Part shown: positions 60,600 to 64,000 of the stretch, in pieces
Numbering within the stretch: the stretch's first letter is position 1
Layout: the number at the start of each line of letters is the position of its first letter
IMG/VR virus record: IMGVR_UViG_3300028048_000043
From: a virus
Lineage: Duplodnaviria; Heunggongvirae; Uroviricota; Caudoviricetes
Direction: 5' to 3' (one strand)
DNA length: 64,000 nucleotides
Made by a program: the position numbers and the translations under genes
Notes under the pieces: generated by a model
What the model was told of the DNA's origin: nothing
Seen by the model: only the letters and a program-made list of their open reading frames with translations
Database searches by the model: none

Positions 60600-62645
60600 A
60601 TGGCAAAATATAGAATCGGAAATAACGGTAAAAACGATGTTAATTGCGAACTTTTGACAGAAAGCGCCGGAAAATATATCGTTAGATTTGGAAACGGTAT
60701 GATAAAGGGTGTTGAGAAGGATAGAATTCATTCTCTTGATCCAGTCGATGTTGATGTTCTTAAACTTGTTAACGAAAGTAAACTCGGTGACTTGGTAAAG
60801 GGTGCTGCTGATAAAGTCGGTGAATTCGGCAGAAGAGTTGGCGCCGGAATTAAGAGTGCGGTTGAAGCTGTAAAAGAATTCGTAATAACCAGAATAGTTA
60901 AGTCTAATCATAGAATCTTCTTCCAGCTTGAGAATGGAGATTTTTTACAGGCTATACATCCTTTAAACGCTATGCTTGCTGCCGGGGAAACAAATGGAAT
61001 ATCTTTTATTCCATCAAAAGAAGATGTAGAGTTTTGCAAAGACCTTGGTATTACAGCTCGTTCATATGAACCGGAATTTGATGATGATGAATATGAAGGT
61101 TCAGCTATAGTAGCAACTGATTTCGCAAAGGTTAATGAAGCTGAGGAAAACATCAAGGGATCCTTTGGTGTTAATGAAAGAGATAGACTCAAATTGACAT
61201 CTGATAGATTTGTCGACTATAATACTGAAGAGATTGTTGAAAAACTTATTGCCCAGTATTATCAAAGATATGACAACGAGAGCGATAATACTCTTGCTGC
61301 CCCTCTTGTTATATTTGGTGCACCGGGAACAGGAAAAACTTCAATCATTAACAGTTTAAAGGAAGAATTAGGCGTTAATGTTCTTACAGTTAACGCGGCT
61401 AACATCGAACCAGAGTCATTCACGATGCCTGCCAGTGTAAGGAGAAAAGGTGAAGGTTTGAAAGATACAGCTATAATTAAAGACCTCCCTAAATCATGGA
61501 TACCGGTTTATGACAGTAACGTGGAAGATTATCCAGAATCAGAAAGAGAATTTGTTCTACAACAGAGAAAGCGTGCAGCGAATGGAGCCGTACCAAACGA
61601 TGAAGGTATATATGAATCTGATGGACCTGGAGGGTTCTTCTTCATCGATGAATTTGTTCGTATGACAGAATCCGGTATTGCATCAATATTTGATTTTCCT
61701 CTTTCTCGTCACCTTGGACAGTCTTCTAATATAACACTCGGTGACAGATGGGTTGTTGTTTGCGCATCAAATAGATATACAGATCTTTCTGGAGAGGCTA
61801 GAAAAGCCGCTGTTGAATTTGAAGCCGCTTCGAAGCAGAGATTTGAAATTATCAACTTTGTTCCTACATTTGAGGAATGGAAAGTTTGGGCTGAGAAACC
61901 AAGAAAAGGTGAGAAATCGGTAAGTAATGTAAATAAACATTTTGTTGATTTTATCGGACAAACTTACACAGACCCAGAAAATCCTGGAGCATTCTATCTT
62001 GTTACAAAGAACGAAAAAGCAAAGGATTTAAATACAAAGGATCCACAGGTTTCTCCTAGACGTTGGGAACAGTATACTAGCGCCCTTCTTTCTTTTGCCG
62101 CTCGTAAGCCAGAGGTGAAGAAAGTTATTGATGATTCTACATTCCCAGAGGGTGATAATTTCGTTCTTGAAATGCTTGATAACAGTTTGTTTAGAAAAAC
62201 AAGCGAGACCTATCTTGGTACAGCTGTTTCAAAAGCTCTTATAGAATATCTTTATACTCTTGGTGTATTTTCTCAGGCCGATGTCAAAGGAATTCTTTCA
62301 GACGCTGGATATGAGCCAACGAAAAAATTCCTCGACGAGTTTACAAAAAATAGATCAAATGTTAAAGAATTCCTTACAAGGACAGTAAAACTTCCTTTCA
62401 CCGATGTTGTTAGAGACCAGTTTGGTGTTGGAGGAAAATTACCGGATGATGGTGTATATAGAATGATTTCGTTCCTGCATAAAGTATCAAAGGATTTGAA
62501 CGATACATCGTTGTTCCAGGTTGCGCTTGACCTAATGCTCAAATGGTCAGGTTATGCAGGTATAAAAGATCTTGTAAGACTTCCAAAATCTAAGGAACTT
62601 ACAAAGGTTGTTGATCCTATTTTGTTCAAACAGTTAAGTAAATAA
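60600..62645 (+). CDS. AAA+ ATPase (MoxR/AAA_5-like) with long N-terminal extension
   Basis: Walker A GAPGTGKT, Walker B FFIDE, VVCASNR sensor 1, QRF Arg finger, SPRRWE sensor 2. Confidence 0.88.
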   Translation: MAKYRIGNNGKNDVNCELLTESAGKYIVRFGNGMIKGVEKDRIHSLDPVDVDVLKLVNESKLGDLVKGAADKVGEFGRRVGAGIKSAVEAVKEFVITRIVKSNHRIFFQLENGDFLQAIHPLNAMLAAGETNGISFIPSKEDVEFCKDLGITARSYEPEFDDDEYEGSAIVATDFAKVNEAEENIKGSFGVNERDRLKLTSDRFVDYNTEEIVEKLIAQYYQRYDNESDNTLAAPLVIFGAPGTGKTSIINSLKEELGVNVLTVNAANIEPESFTMPASVRRKGEGLKDTAIIKDLPKSWIPVYDSNVEDYPESEREFVLQQRKRAANGAVPNDEGIYESDGPGGFFFIDEFVRMTESGIASIFDFPLSRHLGQSSNITLGDRWVVVCASNRYTDLSGEARKAAVEFEAASKQRFEIINFVPTFEEWKVWAEKPRKGEKSVSNVNKHFVDFIGQTYTDPENPGAFYLVTKNEKAKDLNTKDPQVSPRRWEQYTSALLSFAARKPEVKKVIDDSTFPEGDNFVLEMLDNSLFRKTSETYLGTAVSKALIEYLYTLGVFSQADVKGILSDAGYEPTKKFLDEFTKNRSNVKEFLTRTVKLPFTDVVRDQFGVGGKLPDDGVYRMISFLHKVSKDLNDTSLFQVALDLMLKWSGYAGIKDLVRLPKSKELTKVVDPILFKQLSK

Positions 62646-62659
62646 TACAATTCTATACA

Positions 62660-63373
62660 ATGATTGTACAGAAGTATATAAAAGAATCAGAAAGCGATGG
62701 TCTTGTAACTCTGAACCGTTCTGGAGCTAAACAGAGATGGTTCAGAGCTGACGGTTCCGAGATAAACATGAAAATCGTTGATACGGTTGTCGATATGGCG
62801 CTCAGAAACATCAGCAGCGATTTACCGCCAGTATATAAGTATATCAATTCTAAAGACATATTTTATACAGATAGTCCCTATGTTGACACAATGGCAACTG
62901 ACGGAAGAAGTATATTTATAAATCCATCGTGGGTTGATTATACACTTGCTCGCTTAGGTGGCCCAGGAAAAGGCGCCATTGGAATAGAGTTCGTTATAAT
63001 TCACGAAGCTCTTCACAATGCTTTTCATCATACGATTGATGAAGCGAAGGCTAGGGATAAATACCCAGATCATGACAGGGTTAATAGAGCTCAGGACTAT
63101 GAAGTAAACTACGCAATAGAAAATTATCTAAATACCAAAAATAATCCAGATCTCTATAAAGGAATAACTAAGATGATGGAGGGGTGGTATGATGAGAAGT
63201 TTGCCGACATGACATGGGAAAATATTTATCCAAAAATTCCAGCCGGAAAGGATTTCATAAACAATAAGATAGAAACTTCACCTATGTTCAAAAAAGGATT
63301 CCGCGCAGCAATAAAGGGATATTTCAAAAGGTTAAGAAAAGAAAAATTGATCGAACAGTATGAAGTTAAATGA
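62660..63373 (+). CDS. HExxH metallopeptidase-like protein (DUF2201 N-terminal type)
   Basis: TMATDG..IFINP, FVIIHEALHNAFHH, NRAQDYEVN. Confidence 0.8.
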   Translation: MIVQKYIKESESDGLVTLNRSGAKQRWFRADGSEINMKIVDTVVDMALRNISSDLPPVYKYINSKDIFYTDSPYVDTMATDGRSIFINPSWVDYTLARLGGPGKGAIGIEFVIIHEALHNAFHHTIDEAKARDKYPDHDRVNRAQDYEVNYAIENYLNTKNNPDLYKGITKMMEGWYDEKFADMTWENIYPKIPAGKDFINNKIETSPMFKKGFRAAIKGYFKRLRKEKLIEQYEVK

Positions 63374-64000
63374 CTGGGGTAAAAAAGCTATCGCTCAAGT
63401 GTGTAATGACATAAACGCTGATGCTGTTAGAAAAACCCAAAAAATAATGAGCATAATATTTCCTGATGATGATAATCAGGATAGTGGTTCACCGTCTGAT
63501 AATGACCAGAAACTGAACGACCCAAATTTCTTGATGAACGATCCGGATTATTTGAGAGGGTTTGAGTTTGGAAAACAATATGCTGAATACATGTTTAAAC
63601 ATCTTGGTATAAGACCAGATGTTAAATATGATATTCCTTTTGTTGATGATATAAAAATAAAAGTTTCTGAAAGTTTGAATGAAGCTGCCGGAAATAACAC
63701 GTTTAACCCAGATAATAAAAATGATTACGCGAAGGCTATATATCAGATTCTGGTGAAATCATTTACTCCTGGTGAAGCTGCAAATCAAATTTATAATCTT
63801 ATAGATACAATTGTTAAGGGATATAACCCTGAACCTGAAGCTGGAGGATCATCTTCTGCTCGATCACCGTTTGATCCTGACGATGATACAAATAAGCAGA
63901 ACAATCAAAATCAGCAGGGAAACCAACAGGGAAACCAGCAAAACAATCAATCTGGTCAAGGTCAGAATGGACAAAGCGGCAACGACCAGCAGAATGGTGG
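63360..64000 (+). CDS. Hypothetical protein, 3'-truncated, Q/N/G-rich linker
   Basis: ATG 63360 MKLNDWGKKAIAQ... open to window end; contains SESLNEA and NQQGNQQG repeats. Confidence 0.7.
   Translation, partial: MKLNDWGKKAIAQVCNDINADAVRKTQKIMSIIFPDDDNQDSGSPSDNDQKLNDPNFLMNDPDYLRGFEFGKQYAEYMFKHLGIRPDVKYDIPFVDDIKIKVSESLNEAAGNNTFNPDNKNDYAKAIYQILVKSFTPGEAANQIYNLIDTIVKGYNPEPEAGGSSSARSPFDPDDDTNKQNNQNQQGNQQGNQQNNQSGQGQNGQSGNDQQNG

Noticed and set aside
1-64000. Stop-codon reassignment as in Lak or some crAss-like phages
   Set aside because: Conserved genes are full length in the standard code, and TAG/TGA end genes at sensible places (e.g. 13305, 57798, 49943)
1-64000. tRNA, rRNA, group I/II introns, inteins
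   Set aside because: No cloverleaf, interrupted conserved gene or intein motif seen by eye; tRNAscan-SE/Infernal would be needed to exclude them formally

Overview
A 64-kb gene-dense, AT-rich segment of a large T4-like (contractile-tailed, probably jumbo) phage genome, read in the standard genetic code. It holds virion genes (portal, gp2/gp4/gp13/gp14/gp15-like head-neck proteins, gp53/gp27/gp5/gp26/gp51-like baseplate proteins, a very large acidic core-like protein) and repair/recombination genes (UvsX, UvsY, UvsW, DinG-like helicase, NAD ligase, ThyX-like). It also has two phage sigma factors (ECF-like, gp55-like), three glycosyltransferases, lysis-type membrane proteins and an AAA ATPase/HExxH peptidase module. 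Three promoter classes are visible: a Bacteroidota sigma-A type TCAGTATATTTGCA (implying a Bacteroidota host), a candidate phage-sigma motif AAAC-N15-GCATATAAT, and a T4-late-like ATAAATA. The standout observation is a solo, catalytically intact TnpB element inserted inside the AAAC-N15-GCATATAAT promoter of the late sigma gene. Removing it in silico restores the 15-nt spacing exactly, and its predicted guide matches that intact promoter, suggesting an RNA-guided homing element aimed at related phages. Protein calls come from motif and family recognition only; no database searches were run.
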